In this document: positions 7,828 to 18,534 of the stretch, piece by piece | Position numbering within the stretch: the stretch's first letter is position 1 | Layout of the letters: the number at the start of each line of letters is the position of its first letter | DNA from: Clostridia bacterium | GTDB taxonomy: Bacteria > Bacillota > Clostridia > Christensenellales > CAG-917 | Direction: 5' to 3' | Assembly: GCA_017553325.1 (NCBI GenBank) | Contig: JAFZMH010000004.1 | Span: 159,138-223,137 of the forward strand | DNA: 64,000 nucleotides | Made by a program: the position numbers and the translations under genes | Notes under the pieces: model-generated | Seen by the model: only the letters and a program-made list of their open reading frames with translations | Databases searched by the model: none | Told to the model about the DNA's origin: nothing

Positions 7828-8601
7828 ATGACCGACAAAATCAAACTTTTTTTCCAAGAGGTAAAAGTTTTTTTCAGGAGTGTGCCGAGCGTGCTTGTTG
7901 CGCTCACGGTTGTTGCCGTCGTGGCGATGAACGTGCTCGCCAACAAGAGCATATCTCTCACCGTCGACTGGCTTGCGCTTGATTGCGGCATAGTCTTTTC
8001 TTGGCTGGTGTTTCTCACGATGGACATAGTGACTAGGCGTTTCGGCGTCAAGGCGGCGAATATGCTGTCCATCTTTGCGCTGCTCGTCAACCTGCTCGTC
8101 GCATTGATTCTGATTGCGGCGTCGTACATCCCGGGAATATGGTCACAATCGTACGTCGAAGGAAGCGAAACCGTCATCAATTCCGCCCTCGACTTGACGT
8201 TTAGGGGCGAATGGTTCGTGTTGCTTGGCAGTTCGACGGCGTTTATCGTGTCGGCAATCCTCAACAACGTGCTCCACGCGGCGTTCGAAAAACTCTTGAA
8301 AGACAAAAAACGCGCGCTCGCGTTTACGGTCAGCAGTTATGCTTCGACCTTTATCGCACAATTTGCGGACAACCTGCTCTTTGCTCTCATCGTAAGTCTC
8401 AACTTCTTCGGATGGAGCATTGTCCAATGCGTCACCTGTGCCGTCACGGGCGCAATAATCGAACTCTTGTTTGAAATCGTCTTCTCCCCTCTCGGCTACC
8501 GCGTCGTAAAGCGTCTTGAGGACGAGGGCGTAGGACAAGAATATCTCAATCTCATAAACGGAGGAAACAAAGATGAAAGTGCTTGTGTCGGGTGCGAGTG
8601 A
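7828..8601 (+). CDS. yhhQ: Queuosine-precursor transporter, YhhQ/COG1738 (DUF165, VUT family)
   Basis: Polytopic membrane protein. The N-terminus ...VLVALTVVAVVAMNVLANKSI.., LDCGIVFSWLVFLTMDIVTRRFG and the later F.AQFADNLLFALI motifs fit the YhhQ family. I placed the start at ATG 7828 (MTDKIK), which has SD AAGGAGGG. It lies next to queH and behind a preQ1 riboswitch. Confidence 0.8.
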   Translation: MTDKIKLFFQEVKVFFRSVPSVLVALTVVAVVAMNVLANKSISLTVDWLALDCGIVFSWLVFLTMDIVTRRFGVKAANMLSIFALLVNLLVALILIAASYIPGIWSQSYVEGSETVINSALDLTFRGEWFVLLGSSTAFIVSAILNNVLHAAFEKLLKDKKRALAFTVSSYASTFIAQFADNLLFALIVSLNFFGWSIVQCVTCAVTGAIIELLFEIVFSPLGYRVVKRLEDEGVGQEYLNLINGGNKDESACVGCE

Positions 8602-9235
8602 AGGCATCGGTCTTGCGGTATGCAAGAAATTTTTGCAACAAAACTTTGAGGTCGTAGGGCTTGACGTGCAAAGCGCAAGCATCAATCACATGAATTATAC
8701 GCACTTCGTATGCGACGTGCGCGGGGCTCTGCCCGACGTCGACGGAGTCAACGTCGTCATCACGTCGGCCGGCGTGCAACTCCCCGACGAGGACACGATT
8801 GACGTGAACCTCAAAGGTACGATAAACGTCGTCGAAAAGTACGCGTTGCAACCGAACATCAAATCTGTCGTCACGATTGCTTCGTCAAGCGCGAGAAACG
8901 GCGCGGAGTTCCCGATGTACTCGGCAAGCAAAGGCGGCGTCGTGGCATACACGAAGAACGTCGCTCTGCGCCTTGCAAAGTACGGCGCAACCGCCAATAG
9001 CGTCTCCCCCGGCGGAGTAAAGACTGCTTCAAACGCCCCCGTTATGAACGACCAAAAACTTTGGCAAGCGGTGCTTGACGAGTCTTTGCTCGGCAAATGG
9101 GCGGAACCCGAAGAAATTGCCGACTTCGTCTATTTCCTTTCCGTCGTCAATAAGAGCATGACCGGAGAAGATATTTTGATTGATAATGGTGAAATGCTTA
9201 AATCCAATTTTATTTGGGACACTTCGCGTCTTTGA
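8573..9235 (+). CDS. Short-chain dehydrogenase/reductase (SDR) family oxidoreductase, substrate unknown
   Basis: 220 aa with the Rossmann motif VLVSGASEGIGLAV and catalytic Y..SK (MYSASKGG). SD GGAGGAAAC sits before the ATG. The start lies 29 nt inside the 3' end of yhhQ. Confidence 0.8.
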   Translation: MKVLVSGASEGIGLAVCKKFLQQNFEVVGLDVQSASINHMNYTHFVCDVRGALPDVDGVNVVITSAGVQLPDEDTIDVNLKGTINVVEKYALQPNIKSVVTIASSSARNGAEFPMYSASKGGVVAYTKNVALRLAKYGATANSVSPGGVKTASNAPVMNDQKLWQAVLDESLLGKWAEPEEIADFVYFLSVVNKSMTGEDILIDNGEMLKSNFIWDTSRL

Positions 9236-9299
9236 TACGATTCTCATAAATGTTTATTAAGCCTGCTGATTGAGATGAGATGCCAGGAAACAAAAAAAT

Positions 9300-9346
9300 A
9301 ACGCCACCAAGTAGTACAAGGGCATACATGGTGGCGTTTATTTATT
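9300..9346. terminator. Bidirectional rho-independent terminator between the SDR gene and the V-ATPase operon
   Basis: Stem AACGCCACCA (9300-9309) pairs with TGGTGGCGTT (9329-9338). It is flanked by an A-run upstream and TATTTATT downstream. Confidence 0.7.
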
Positions 9347-9367
9347 GTTGTTGACAACGAAAGTCGC

Positions 9368-10000
9368 TCAATCAGCGGGCTTAATCATTTCTTTGACTTT
9401 CATAAGACGAGTAATATTTCCACGTTCATTCTCGTCGAGTTTCATCGTAATATACTTTATAGTCTCTTCAAGTTGCGGGATCATGACGTATTCGAGCGCA
9501 TTGACGCGGCGACGGTTCTTTTCGATTTCGTCGGCGAGCATATTGCAGGTCTTTTCAACCTCCGCAAGTTTCAAGAGTTTCGGGAGGAGCGTCGTGAGCG
9601 ACGAGATCGACGTGTCGAGTTCGCTTGAAACGCTGGCAAAAGAATACGGATAGAGGTCGCTGACCTCCCCTTCAACGATGTCGAACACGGGCACGTCCAC
9701 GCTCATAACGTTTTTGGACGAGGTGGTGAGCCCGACGTGCGTCGACGGCATAAGAACGGCTTCCTCGATGACCGCGTCACTTGAAACTGCGCGCGCAAGC
9801 ATAAACGACTTGAGAGCGGCTTGAAGTTCACCTTCCACCTCTTCTCTAAGACGCTTGTTTTCGCGAACGTAAAGCATAAATTGACGAATCATCTCGTCAG
9901 ATTTATCCTTCAATAGTTTGTGACCGCGAGTGGCGGTTTTAAGACGGGTTTTGAGCCGTCTCAACTCCATTCTCGTTGGGTTTACGTTGAGTTTTGCCAT
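9368..10000 (-). CDS. atpD: V/A-type ATP synthase subunit D
   Basis: [33 protein letters not shown] is the canonical subunit D N-terminus. 210 aa, last gene of the operon. Confidence 0.9.
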   Translation of the reverse strand: MAKLNVNPTRMELRRLKTRLKTATRGHKLLKDKSDEMIRQFMLYVRENKRLREEVEGELQAALKSFMLARAVSSDAVIEEAVLMPSTHVGLTTSSKNVMSVDVPVFDIVEGEVSDLYPYSFASVSSELDTSISSLTTLLPKLLKLAEVEKTCNMLADEIEKNRRRVNALEYVMIPQLEETIKYITMKLDENERGNITRLMKVKEMIKPAD

Positions 10001-10006
10001 AATGCT

Positions 10007-11389
10007 TTATTCTTCGTTCTTGTCGAAATACTTTTCGAGATATTCGTCTCTTATACGTTTGAGTTCGCCGCGCGGGAGCAAATGAAGCAGGTCCCAGCCG
10101 AGGTCGAGAGTCTCCTCGATAGAGCGGTTTTTGGAGAAACCTTGCGAGACGTACTGTTTTTCAAACTCGTCGGCAAAGGTTGCGAACTTCTTGTCCGTTT
10201 CGGTGAGTGCGGACTCGCCGAGAATAGAACTGAGTTCCTTTGCTTCCTTACCCTGCGCATACGCGCTGAAAAGTTGGTTCATCGTGTCCGCGTGGTCCTC
10301 TCTCGTCTTGCCTCTGCCGATACCCTTGTCTTTAAGACGTGACAGCGACGGCAAAACGTCGATTGGCGGAACGATACCGCGCTTGTAGAGTTCACGCGAG
10401 ATGATGATTTGTCCTTCGGTGATATAACCGGTAAGGTCGGGGATCGGGTGCGTCTTGTCGTCCTCGGGCATCGTAAGAATCGGAATTTGGGTTATACTGC
10501 CCTTCTTGCCGACGATTCTGCCCGCGCGTTCGTACATACTGGCAAGGTCGGTATAGAGTGCACCGGGATAGCCGCGGCGTCCTGGGACTTCCTTTCTTGC
10601 GGCGGAGATTTCACGAAGCGCTTCCGCGTAGTTGGTGATGTCCGTCGTTATGACGAGCACGTGCATATCCTTTTCAAACGCCAAATACTCTGCGGCGGTG
10701 AGCGCCATACGCGGTGTGGAAATACGCTCGACTGCCGGGTCGTTTGCGAGATTGATAAACATAACCGCACGCTCGATTGCGCCCGTCTTTCTGAAGTCGC
10801 TGATAAAGAAGTCCGCTTCCTCAAACGTGATGCCGACAGCCGCGAACACAACCGCGAATTTTTCGGTTGAATTGAGAACCTTCGCCTGTCTTGCAATCTG
10901 CGCCGCGAGTTCAGCGTGAGGCATACCCGACATGGAAAACACGGGGAGTTTCTGCCCGCGAACAAGGGTGTTGAGCCCGTCGATTGCACTAATGCCGGTT
11001 TGAATAAACTCGTTTGGATAATCGCGCGCGACGGGATTTATCGGTCTGCCGTTGATGTCGAGTTTCATCTCGGGGATTATAGGCGCGCCGCCGTCACGCG
11101 GTCTGCCCATACCGTCGAAAACTCTGCCGAGCATATCTTCGCTGACGCCGAGTTCAACGCCGTGTCCCAAAAATCTCGCCTTTGCAGTCGCCATTTTGAT
11201 ACCTTGCGACGGCTCGAAAAGTTGGACGAGGGCTTTGTCACGATTGATTTCAAGCACCTTGCCTGCACGAATTTCGCCGTTTTCCTGACGGATTTCGACG
11301 AGTTCGTTGTATTTGACGCCTTCTACGCCCTCGACGAGCGCGAGCGGACCGACGATTTCTCTAATGGTGTTGTATTCTTTTAACATCAA
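10007..11389 (-). CDS. atpB: V/A-type ATP synthase subunit B
   Basis: 460 aa. Strongly conserved B-subunit blocks are present ([54 protein letters not shown]). The stop-proximal ATG of A overlaps by 4 nt. Confidence 0.92.
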   Translation of the reverse strand: MMLKEYNTIREIVGPLALVEGVEGVKYNELVEIRQENGEIRAGKVLEINRDKALVQLFEPSQGIKMATAKARFLGHGVELGVSEDMLGRVFDGMGRPRDGGAPIIPEMKLDINGRPINPVARDYPNEFIQTGISAIDGLNTLVRGQKLPVFSMSGMPHAELAAQIARQAKVLNSTEKFAVVFAAVGITFEEADFFISDFRKTGAIERAVMFINLANDPAVERISTPRMALTAAEYLAFEKDMHVLVITTDITNYAEALREISAARKEVPGRRGYPGALYTDLASMYERAGRIVGKKGSITQIPILTMPEDDKTHPIPDLTGYITEGQIIISRELYKRGIVPPIDVLPSLSRLKDKGIGRGKTREDHADTMNQLFSAYAQGKEAKELSSILGESALTETDKKFATFADEFEKQYVSQGFSKNRSIEETLDLGWDLLHLLPRGELKRIRDEYLEKYFDKNEE

Positions 11390-13149
11390 ATGCCTCCTTC
11401 GTTCGTGAGTTCGAGCATTTCTTTCTTGATTTCGGCGAGAATATCGTCAAACTTGCTCATTTCACTTTCGGGGATATATTTCGCACGACCGATTTGGTCC
11501 TTGACCGGAAGTTCCAAAATGTCTTCGATATCGACGTTCTTGTCGAGTGCTTCGCCCGCAAGCCTGTTGAATTCGAGGATGAGGCGGAGCATATATTCCT
11601 GCTTTGCGAGCGAGGTGTAGGTGTCGACCTCGTGGAAAGCGTTTTGGTGGAGATAGTCCTCTCTTATGGACTTTGCGGTCTCCATCGTGAGCCTGTTCGC
11701 GGGAGAGAGCGCATCCATACCGACGAGACGAACGATTTCGTCAAGTTGCGCTTCCTCTTGCAAGATGCGTTGGCAAACGACACGTTGCCTCACCCACTCT
11801 TCTCCGACGTTGTCGCCGTACCATTCACCGAGCCTGTCCGCATAGAGCGAATAGCTCGTGAGCCAGTCGACTGCCGGGAAGTGGCGTTTGTATGCGAGAG
11901 ACGCGCTGAGCCCCCAGAAGACTTTGACGATACGAAGAGTCGCCTGCGAGACTGGTTCGGAGAGGTCGCCGCCCGGAGGTGAAACCGCGCCGATTGCGGT
12001 GATTGAGCCGATTCTGCCATCGTTGCCCAACACCTTGACGATACCCGCTCTTTCATAGAATTCAGCAAGACGAGAGGAAAGATATGCGGGATAGCCTTCT
12101 TCACCCGGCATCTCTTCGAGACGTCCGCTCATTTCACGCAGAGCCTCCGCCCAACGTGAGGTCGAGTCTGCCATAATTGCAACCGAATAGCCCATATCGC
12201 GGAAGTATTCCGCAATCGTGATACCCGTGTAGATTGACGCTTCACGCGCCGCAACGGGCATATCCGAAGTGTTTGCGATGAGCACCGTGCGCTTCATAAG
12301 CGGTTGACCGCTGCGCGGGTCGGTAAGCGCGGGGAATTCGTTCAAGACGTCCGTCATCTCGTTTCCGCGTTCGCCGCAACCGACGTAGACGATGATGTCC
12401 GCGTCCGCCCACTTTGCAAGCTGGTGTTGAACGACAGTCTTTCCGCTTCCAAACGGACCGGGGACTGCCGCGACGCCGCCCTTTGCAATCGGGAACAGCG
12501 TGTCGATGACGCGTTGACCAGTGACGAGCGGAGTTTTCGGCGCAAGTTTTTCCGCGTACGGTCTGCCCTTTCTGACAGGCCACTTTTGAAGCATACAGAC
12601 TTCCTTGTCGCCCTTGTCCGTTGCGATGACGGCAATTGTCTCTTCAATGTTGAACTTGCCCTTTTTGACGTCTTTGACTGTGCCGCTGACGCCGTAAGGC
12701 ACCATGATCTTGTGAGTTATAAGGACGTTTTCTTGGACCGTGCCGAGCACGCTTCCCGCAACGACCTCGTCGCCCTTTTTGACGGTGGGGACAAAGTCCC
12801 ACTTCTTTTCGTGGTCGATTGCTGAGACGTAAACGCCGCGTTCGATATGGTCTCCCGCGACCTCGCGAAGTTTGCCGAGCGGTCTTTGAATACCGTCGAA
12901 AATACCTTCGATAAGTCCTGGAGCGAGTTCAACCGAAAGCGGAGCGTCCGTTGTGTAGACGTTCTCGCCGGGGCCTAAACCGCTGGTTTCCTCGTAGACC
13001 TGAATAGACGCTCTGTCGCCTCTGAGTTCGATGACTTCGCCGATGAGTTTCTTCTCACTCACTTGCACAACGTCGTACATCTTGCTGTTCGCCATACCTT
13101 CGGCGATAATAAGCGGGCCGGATACTTTAACGATTTTTCCTGTTTCCAT
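11386..13149 (-). CDS. atpA: V/A-type ATP synthase catalytic subunit A
   Basis: 587 aa with Walker [21 protein letters not shown] and [22 protein letters not shown] blocks, and the N-terminal non-homologous region typical of A subunits. Confidence 0.93.
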   Translation of the reverse strand: METGKIVKVSGPLIIAEGMANSKMYDVVQVSEKKLIGEVIELRGDRASIQVYEETSGLGPGENVYTTDAPLSVELAPGLIEGIFDGIQRPLGKLREVAGDHIERGVYVSAIDHEKKWDFVPTVKKGDEVVAGSVLGTVQENVLITHKIMVPYGVSGTVKDVKKGKFNIEETIAVIATDKGDKEVCMLQKWPVRKGRPYAEKLAPKTPLVTGQRVIDTLFPIAKGGVAAVPGPFGSGKTVVQHQLAKWADADIIVYVGCGERGNEMTDVLNEFPALTDPRSGQPLMKRTVLIANTSDMPVAAREASIYTGITIAEYFRDMGYSVAIMADSTSRWAEALREMSGRLEEMPGEEGYPAYLSSRLAEFYERAGIVKVLGNDGRIGSITAIGAVSPPGGDLSEPVSQATLRIVKVFWGLSASLAYKRHFPAVDWLTSYSLYADRLGEWYGDNVGEEWVRQRVVCQRILQEEAQLDEIVRLVGMDALSPANRLTMETAKSIREDYLHQNAFHEVDTYTSLAKQEYMLRLILEFNRLAGEALDKNVDIEDILELPVKDQIGRAKYIPESEMSKFDDILAEIKKEMLELTNEGGI

Positions 13150-13487
13150 TATCTGTCCTCTTTGTCAAATAGAATATCCGCACCAATGGCTTTTTCGACG
13201 TTTGCCTTGATGCCTTGAAGTCCCAGTCCTCTGTTGCCTTCCGCGGACGGAATGGGTACGATGACCGGGTACGGTCTTGCCTGATAGCGTTTGATGAGCA
13301 TTTCAATCCAAAGGGCGACCTGTTCCGTCACGAAAATGACGGAATACGACCTTGCGAGCGTATGGACTTTGTCTCTCGCCTGAATTTCGGTCTCGACGGG
13401 AAAAACGTCCACGCCGATAGCCTTGAAAGCGAGCACGGAGTCCTTGTCTCCTACAACCGCGATACCACCCTCACGCATAGATTTCAC
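13149..13487 (-). CDS. atpF: V/A-type ATP synthase subunit F
   Basis: 112 aa. [23 protein letters not shown] is the typical subunit F start. The start could be M1 or M4. Confidence 0.8.
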   Translation of the reverse strand: MKSMREGGIAVVGDKDSVLAFKAIGVDVFPVETEIQARDKVHTLARSYSVIFVTEQVALWIEMLIKRYQARPYPVIVPIPSAEGNRGLGLQGIKANVEKAIGADILFDKEDR

Positions 13488-14439
13488 GCATCCTTTCTCT
13501 TATCAGTTGCGGGTCAACGTGATTTTTGATGCCTGCAACGATGAGTTTTGTAAGTTTGATTTCCGTCCTCTTCGTGAGATAATAATTCACGATTGGGGCG
13601 ATTGAGAACAAGTCGTTAAACTCGTCTCTGAACATCTTCAAGAGGTCGTTGTCGATTGAAACTTCAAGCGCAACGATGTCCTTTGAATCTGCGACCTTTT
13701 CGACTGTTTCGCGAAACTCCGTCGGTTTTGTCAACTCCTTGAACTTTTCCATACTGTCGAATGAGTTGACGAAGACGTCTTTGTCAAGCGTACCGCCGTC
13801 AATAAAGCTCGTGACGAAAAACTCGAGCGGAAGCGAGAGTTTTTTCACCCTCAAAAACGATAAGATATTGAGGTAGTCTATCTTTTTGATATAATATCTC
13901 TTTGCGAGATTTCCGCTCTTTTTGACAAGGGAGAGTATCTGTTTGAACATCGCCCTGTCCACCGTCACGTCGATAATTCTCGGCGAAAGTTTTTCCGCCT
14001 TTTCGAGTTCGAGAAGTTTTGAAACCGCTTCCTTCATCTCGAGGGGCAGGTTTTCGCTCTCAACGCCGTCGACGAGCGCCTTCATCTCGTTCACGTCGTA
14101 GAGTCCTATAAGAGTCGACGAAAAGTCCGTGTTTGTGGCGTGCGCCTTGAATACGCTCTTCAAGTTGAGATAATCGACTTCAACCAAAAACGCGTCGAGT
14201 GCGCTCCCCACGTTGAACTCTTTGAGCAAATTGAGCGCGTTTTCCTCTTCGTGGTTAAACAGCGTGTCAAAATCGTTCGTCTCGACGGGAATACTCGAGC
14301 CGAACCCCATTTCGAGCAAAACCTTGAACGCGTCCTCTTTTGAGGAACATTCAATCAACCTCTGCACGGATTGCGAGGTGATGAGTTTTGACTCCATATG
14401 CTTGATTTTGGCGTTTTGGAAAACGAATTTATCGCTCAT
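13471..14439 (-). CDS. atpC: V/A-type ATP synthase subunit C (V0 d-like)
   Basis: 322-aa helical protein in the C position of the ntp/atp V-type gene order. Its start overlaps the stop of E by 1 nt. Confidence 0.75.
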   Translation of the reverse strand: MSDKFVFQNAKIKHMESKLITSQSVQRLIECSSKEDAFKVLLEMGFGSSIPVETNDFDTLFNHEEENALNLLKEFNVGSALDAFLVEVDYLNLKSVFKAHATNTDFSSTLIGLYDVNEMKALVDGVESENLPLEMKEAVSKLLELEKAEKLSPRIIDVTVDRAMFKQILSLVKKSGNLAKRYYIKKIDYLNILSFLRVKKLSLPLEFFVTSFIDGGTLDKDVFVNSFDSMEKFKELTKPTEFRETVEKVADSKDIVALEVSIDNDLLKMFRDEFNDLFSIAPIVNYYLTKRTEIKLTKLIVAGIKNHVDPQLIRERMREIYA

Positions 14440-15014
14440 TATGCAAACAGTTCCTTTGCAATATTCATTTCCGTCTCTTCGCGGAGCATTGCGATTTCGA
14501 CATCGAACGTAAAGTTCTTGTCTATGCCGTTTCCTCTCAGCATAAGTCCGCCGTCAAAGTCGCCGAACTCTTTTGCGAGAGAGAGTTTAATCTTCTTCTT
14601 TTCGGAAAATTCCTTGACGTCGCTTGCAGTCAGAATGCTCTTTTCTCTTTCGGAGATGATGACGACGTCGCCGTCCTCCGCGTTGTCGAGCATTTTAAGG
14701 AGCAAGTTCTTATACTTTTTCTTGTCGAGCGCGCGGAGTTTTTCGAGCGCGTTTGAATACACCTCGTCGAGAATTTTTGCTCTCGCGCCGAGTTGCAGTT
14801 TCTTTGCGTCGAGTTCCGCAACGGTTTTACCGCGCGACAAAATATCGTCGACAAGTTTGCCCGTATCATAGACCGATTGGTCGTAATACGCCTTGCATTC
14901 GCTTGCGGTTTCCGCCAAGATTTCGTCTGCTTTTTCGCGCGCTTCGCCCAAGATAGCGTCAGCCTTTTTGCGCCCGTCCGAGACGATTTTTTCTATTATT
15001 GCTTCTTTACTCAT
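14439..15014 (-). CDS. atpE: V/A-type ATP synthase subunit E
   Basis: 191 aa. An N-terminal charged coiled region (IIEKIVSDGRKKADAILGEAREKADEIL) is followed by a C-terminal globular part. Position in the operon supports the call. Confidence 0.8.
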   Translation of the reverse strand: MSKEAIIEKIVSDGRKKADAILGEAREKADEILAETASECKAYYDQSVYDTGKLVDDILSRGKTVAELDAKKLQLGARAKILDEVYSNALEKLRALDKKKYKNLLLKMLDNAEDGDVVIISEREKSILTASDVKEFSEKKKIKLSLAKEFGDFDGGLMLRGNGIDKNFTFDVEIAMLREETEMNIAKELFA

Positions 15015-15026
15015 AGTTTTTTACGA

Positions 15027-15530
<504 letters not shown>

Positions 15531-17555
15531 CTACATATCAAGATATGTGTATTTTGTATTTGTACCATAAGGGATAAAGACGTGTCCTCCGCCCTCATAG
15601 AATTTTCCGTAAAACTCGATATACTGCAACCTCGCGTCGTGGACGTATGCGCCGAGCGTCGAGATCGCGATATTGAACAGGTGTCCTACGAGGAATATCG
15701 GCGCGGCGACGATATAGCCTATCCACGCAACGCTTGTCGGGAAGAAACTCATAAACACTTGGCAAATCTGGTTGACGACAAGACCGACAACCGCGCCGGA
15801 CAAGCCGAGACCGAAGAGACGCGCGTAGGACAAAATGTCGCTCACGATGTTCACGCCGTCGTATAGTTTGCCGACGCCGCCAAGCAGCGACGTGACGATT
15901 TTGAAGCCCTTCTTTCCCCTTGCGTTCAAGACGATGAGCAGGAACACGCCTGCCCCCGCAAGCCCTATGCCTATCCATTTGAGGACGGTGACGTCCTTGA
16001 AGAACAGGAGCGCGAGCACGAAGCACGCAAGTCCCGCGAATATGAGATACCAAGTGCCAACCTCGGCAATTGCGTCGAGCACTCTCTTCTTCCTTATGAG
16101 ATTGATTGCGTTGAGAAGCATACCCGTGCAGATATGCAAGAACCCGAGCCCGAACGATATGCCGAGCAAAATGAGCGGTCCGTTGCCCTCAAGCGGTTGA
16201 ATGAGACGCAGTTTTTCAAGGAAGGTGCCGTCTATTGTAAGACCAAACCAACCGCCGAAAATCGCGCCCCAAATAATCGTGGAGATACCGCCCATCGCGA
16301 TGACGAGAAGGAGTCTTCCCTTGCCCGGAACCGGTTTCTTTATCTTGTACATGATAAGTCCGCCGAGCGCGAGAATAATACCGTACGCGGCGTCTGCGAG
16401 CATCATACCGAAGAAGAGGAAATAAAAGAAACTCATCACGGGGTTCGGGTCGAGGTCTCCGTGATAGGACGGCGCGCTGTACATATTGGTGATGTCCTGA
16501 TACGGCGTGACGAGTTTGCTGTTTCTCGCATAAGTCGGGACGACCTCGTCCTTTTCCGGCTCTCTGAATTCGTAGATGAGAGTGTCGCTCACTCCGTCCA
16601 AAACCTCTTTGAGTTTCTCCTCAAATTCAGCGGGGTACCATGCCTCCATCACGAAACTGCGCTCCGTGGTCGCGAATCCGTCGAGCGCGGTGTTTGTGGC
16701 GAGTTGCACCATATAATAGTCGTAGAGAACTTTGAGGTCCGCGACGAACATCTCTTTGACGAGTGCGCGGGTCATAAGTTCGTTGATTTCGTTTTCGTTT
16801 TCCTTTATCTGCTCGCTTAGGCTCTCAATCTTCTCGAAAGGACGCACGTCGAGCTCGGTATTCGCTCTCGCGTAGTCGAGGCTTTGGAGTTTTTGAAGGA
16901 GTTCGTCCGCGTGGTCCTTGTGCGTGACCGCGACGAAAGCCTGCACCTTTTGCGAGTTCAAGAGTTCAATCGTGGCAAAGTCCTGCAACGTGGCAAACGT
17001 CGAGAGTTCCGTCGCCATTTGAGAAGGTACCGAGCCGACTATAACCGTCGTGTGAGCGGTGTCCTTGTAGAATGAATACGGCTGTTTCAACCCGATATAG
17101 ACTTTGTGATTTTCAATTTCCGCTTTGAGTTTCGTGTTTTCGGCTTCCAGCATAACCTGTCTCGAATTGATGTCTTCAAGGTCGCTGACGTTTGCCATAA
17201 GCTCGAATTCGCGCGCACCTATCGTGTCGAATTCGTCGAAACTGACTCTCGCAACAGAAGAAACGGACGGGGTCTTTATCGGCGTGTAAATGTAGGGATA
17301 CTCGCTCTTTTCCGTCCTCTTTGCAAGTGCTTCTGCTTTTTTCTTTTGGTCCTTCAAAAACTTGAAGGCGAAATTGATTCTGCCAAGTTGAATCTTGGCG
17401 TTTTCGGTTGACTGATTGTTGTCGAGACGCTTGGTGTTTTCGATTTCTTTGGTCGCAACAATCTCCACCGCCTTCGTGCGTTGGAGTGCATGGAACAATT
17501 TGTGTCTCGCGGAGCGGTGCCCGACGAGCACCAACTTCTTCATTTCAACAATCAT
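15531..17555 (-). CDS. atpI: V/A-type ATP synthase subunit I (a-subunit homologue)
   Basis: 674 aa. A hydrophilic N-terminal half is followed by a polytopic C-terminal half containing the conserved Arg segment ([12 protein letters not shown]). Confidence 0.88.
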   Translation of the reverse strand: MIVEMKKLVLVGHRSARHKLFHALQRTKAVEIVATKEIENTKRLDNNQSTENAKIQLGRINFAFKFLKDQKKKAEALAKRTEKSEYPYIYTPIKTPSVSSVARVSFDEFDTIGAREFELMANVSDLEDINSRQVMLEAENTKLKAEIENHKVYIGLKQPYSFYKDTAHTTVIVGSVPSQMATELSTFATLQDFATIELLNSQKVQAFVAVTHKDHADELLQKLQSLDYARANTELDVRPFEKIESLSEQIKENENEINELMTRALVKEMFVADLKVLYDYYMVQLATNTALDGFATTERSFVMEAWYPAEFEEKLKEVLDGVSDTLIYEFREPEKDEVVPTYARNSKLVTPYQDITNMYSAPSYHGDLDPNPVMSFFYFLFFGMMLADAAYGIILALGGLIMYKIKKPVPGKGRLLLVIAMGGISTIIWGAIFGGWFGLTIDGTFLEKLRLIQPLEGNGPLILLGISFGLGFLHICTGMLLNAINLIRKKRVLDAIAEVGTWYLIFAGLACFVLALLFFKDVTVLKWIGIGLAGAGVFLLIVLNARGKKGFKIVTSLLGGVGKLYDGVNIVSDILSYARLFGLGLSGAVVGLVVNQICQVFMSFFPTSVAWIGYIVAAPIFLVGHLFNIAISTLGAYVHDARLQYIEFYGKFYEGGGHVFIPYGTNTKYTYLDM

Positions 17556-17572
17556 ACTAAATAAAAAACAAC

Positions 17573-17896
17573 TTATGCGTTGTATTTTTCAAGCAACATT
17601 TCGACTATCTTGTCGGACTGGGCTTCGATTTCCGCGTGCTTGTCATCGACAAGGCGTTCCGCGTCTTCGCGTCCCTTTTTGAGGATAGCCTCACGCTTGT
17701 CCGCCGCCTGCTTTTCCGCTCTTTGAACGGCGTTGCGTTGGTCCTCTTTGCAGCCGGAAACCGTGAGTTTCTTCTGCTTTTCGGCGTCCGCTTCCGCTTG
17801 CAGGACGATTTGTTTGCCCTGTGCGTTGGCTGCCTTCAACATTGCGTCCGCCTTTTCTTCGGCTTTTCTTATTTCAATCAAGACTTCTTCAACCAT
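17573..17896 (-). CDS. V/A-type ATP synthase stator subunit G/H
   Basis: 107-aa highly charged Ala/Lys/Glu helix ([23 protein letters not shown]...). It is the first gene of the ATPase block, as in ntp operons. Confidence 0.7.
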   Translation of the reverse strand: MVEEVLIEIRKAEEKADAMLKAANAQGKQIVLQAEADAEKQKKLTVSGCKEDQRNAVQRAEKQAADKREAILKKGREDAERLVDDKHAEIEAQSDKIVEMLLEKYNA

Positions 17897-17903
17897 AGAT
17901 ACC

Positions 17904-18356
17904 TCATTTGAAGTTTTCGTCTTCGATACGGCTTATCATATCGAGTCTGCGTTGGTGTCTTCCGCCCTCGTATTCCGCGGTGTACCAAGCCTCGACAATC
18001 GCTTCCGCCTCTTCGGGAGAGATAACTCTTCCGCCGAGCGCGATAATATTTGCGTTGTTATGGTTTTTCGTGAGTTTTGCCATATACGTGTTTGTGACGA
18101 CTGCGGCTCTTATACCCTTGACCTTGTTTGCGGCTATGCTGATGCCGATGCCGGTCCCGCACATAATGACGCCCGCTTCGCACTCGCCGGAAGCGACTGC
18201 CTTCGCGACTTTGAGCCCGTATTCCGGATAATCGACGCTGTCCGTCGAATAGCAACCGAGGTCCACGACCTCCGCACCCAAACGCTTGAGAGTCTTTGTC
18301 ACGCTATCCTTCAAAACTATGCCACCATGGTCACAGCCTACGGCAATTTTCCCCAT
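17904..18356 (-). CDS. rpiB: Ribose-5-phosphate isomerase B (RpiB/LacAB family)
   Basis: 150 aa with IAVGCDHGG, GVIMCGTGIGISIAANKVKGIRAA and NANIIALGGRV motifs. It ends 7 nt upstream of the ATPase G/H gene. Confidence 0.9.
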   Translation of the reverse strand: MGKIAVGCDHGGIVLKDSVTKTLKRLGAEVVDLGCYSTDSVDYPEYGLKVAKAVASGECEAGVIMCGTGIGISIAANKVKGIRAAVVTNTYMAKLTKNHNNANIIALGGRVISPEEAEAIVEAWYTAEYEGGRHQRRLDMISRIEDENFK

Positions 18357-18383
18357 AATAACCTCGCATAAATTCGTTATTTA

Positions 18384-18412
18384 ATTATACTACAAAATAC
18401 AAAATATAGCAA
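18384..18412 (-). promoter_or_regulatory. Candidate sigma-A promoter for the rpiB/V-ATPase operon
   Basis: The minus strand reads TTGCTA-17 nt-TATAAT, about 28 nt upstream of the rpiB ATG. Confidence 0.45.
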
Positions 18413-18459
18413 GGTTTATTTTGGGTTTTTCAAAGCGGTTATAATAAAGTATAATAATT

Positions 18460-18477
18460 TACTAATATATATTAGTA
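18460..18477. repeat. Perfect 18-nt palindrome upstream of the rpiB promoter (possible operator)
   Basis: TACTAATATATATTAGTA equals its own reverse complement. It lies about 48 nt upstream of the -35 element. Confidence 0.5.
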
Positions 18478-18488
18478 TTAAATCAATA

Positions 18489-18533
18489 TAAAAAAACGGG
18501 CGGTAGCCTTACGCTGCCGCCCGAAGGTTTTTT
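18489..18533 (-). terminator. Rho-independent terminator of the giant surface-protein gene
   Basis: Minus strand: CGGGCGGCAGC-GTAAG-GCTACCGCCCG (one G.U pair), then TTTTTTTATATT. It starts a few nt after the TGA at 18535-18537. Confidence 0.8.
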
Positions 18534-18534
18534 G

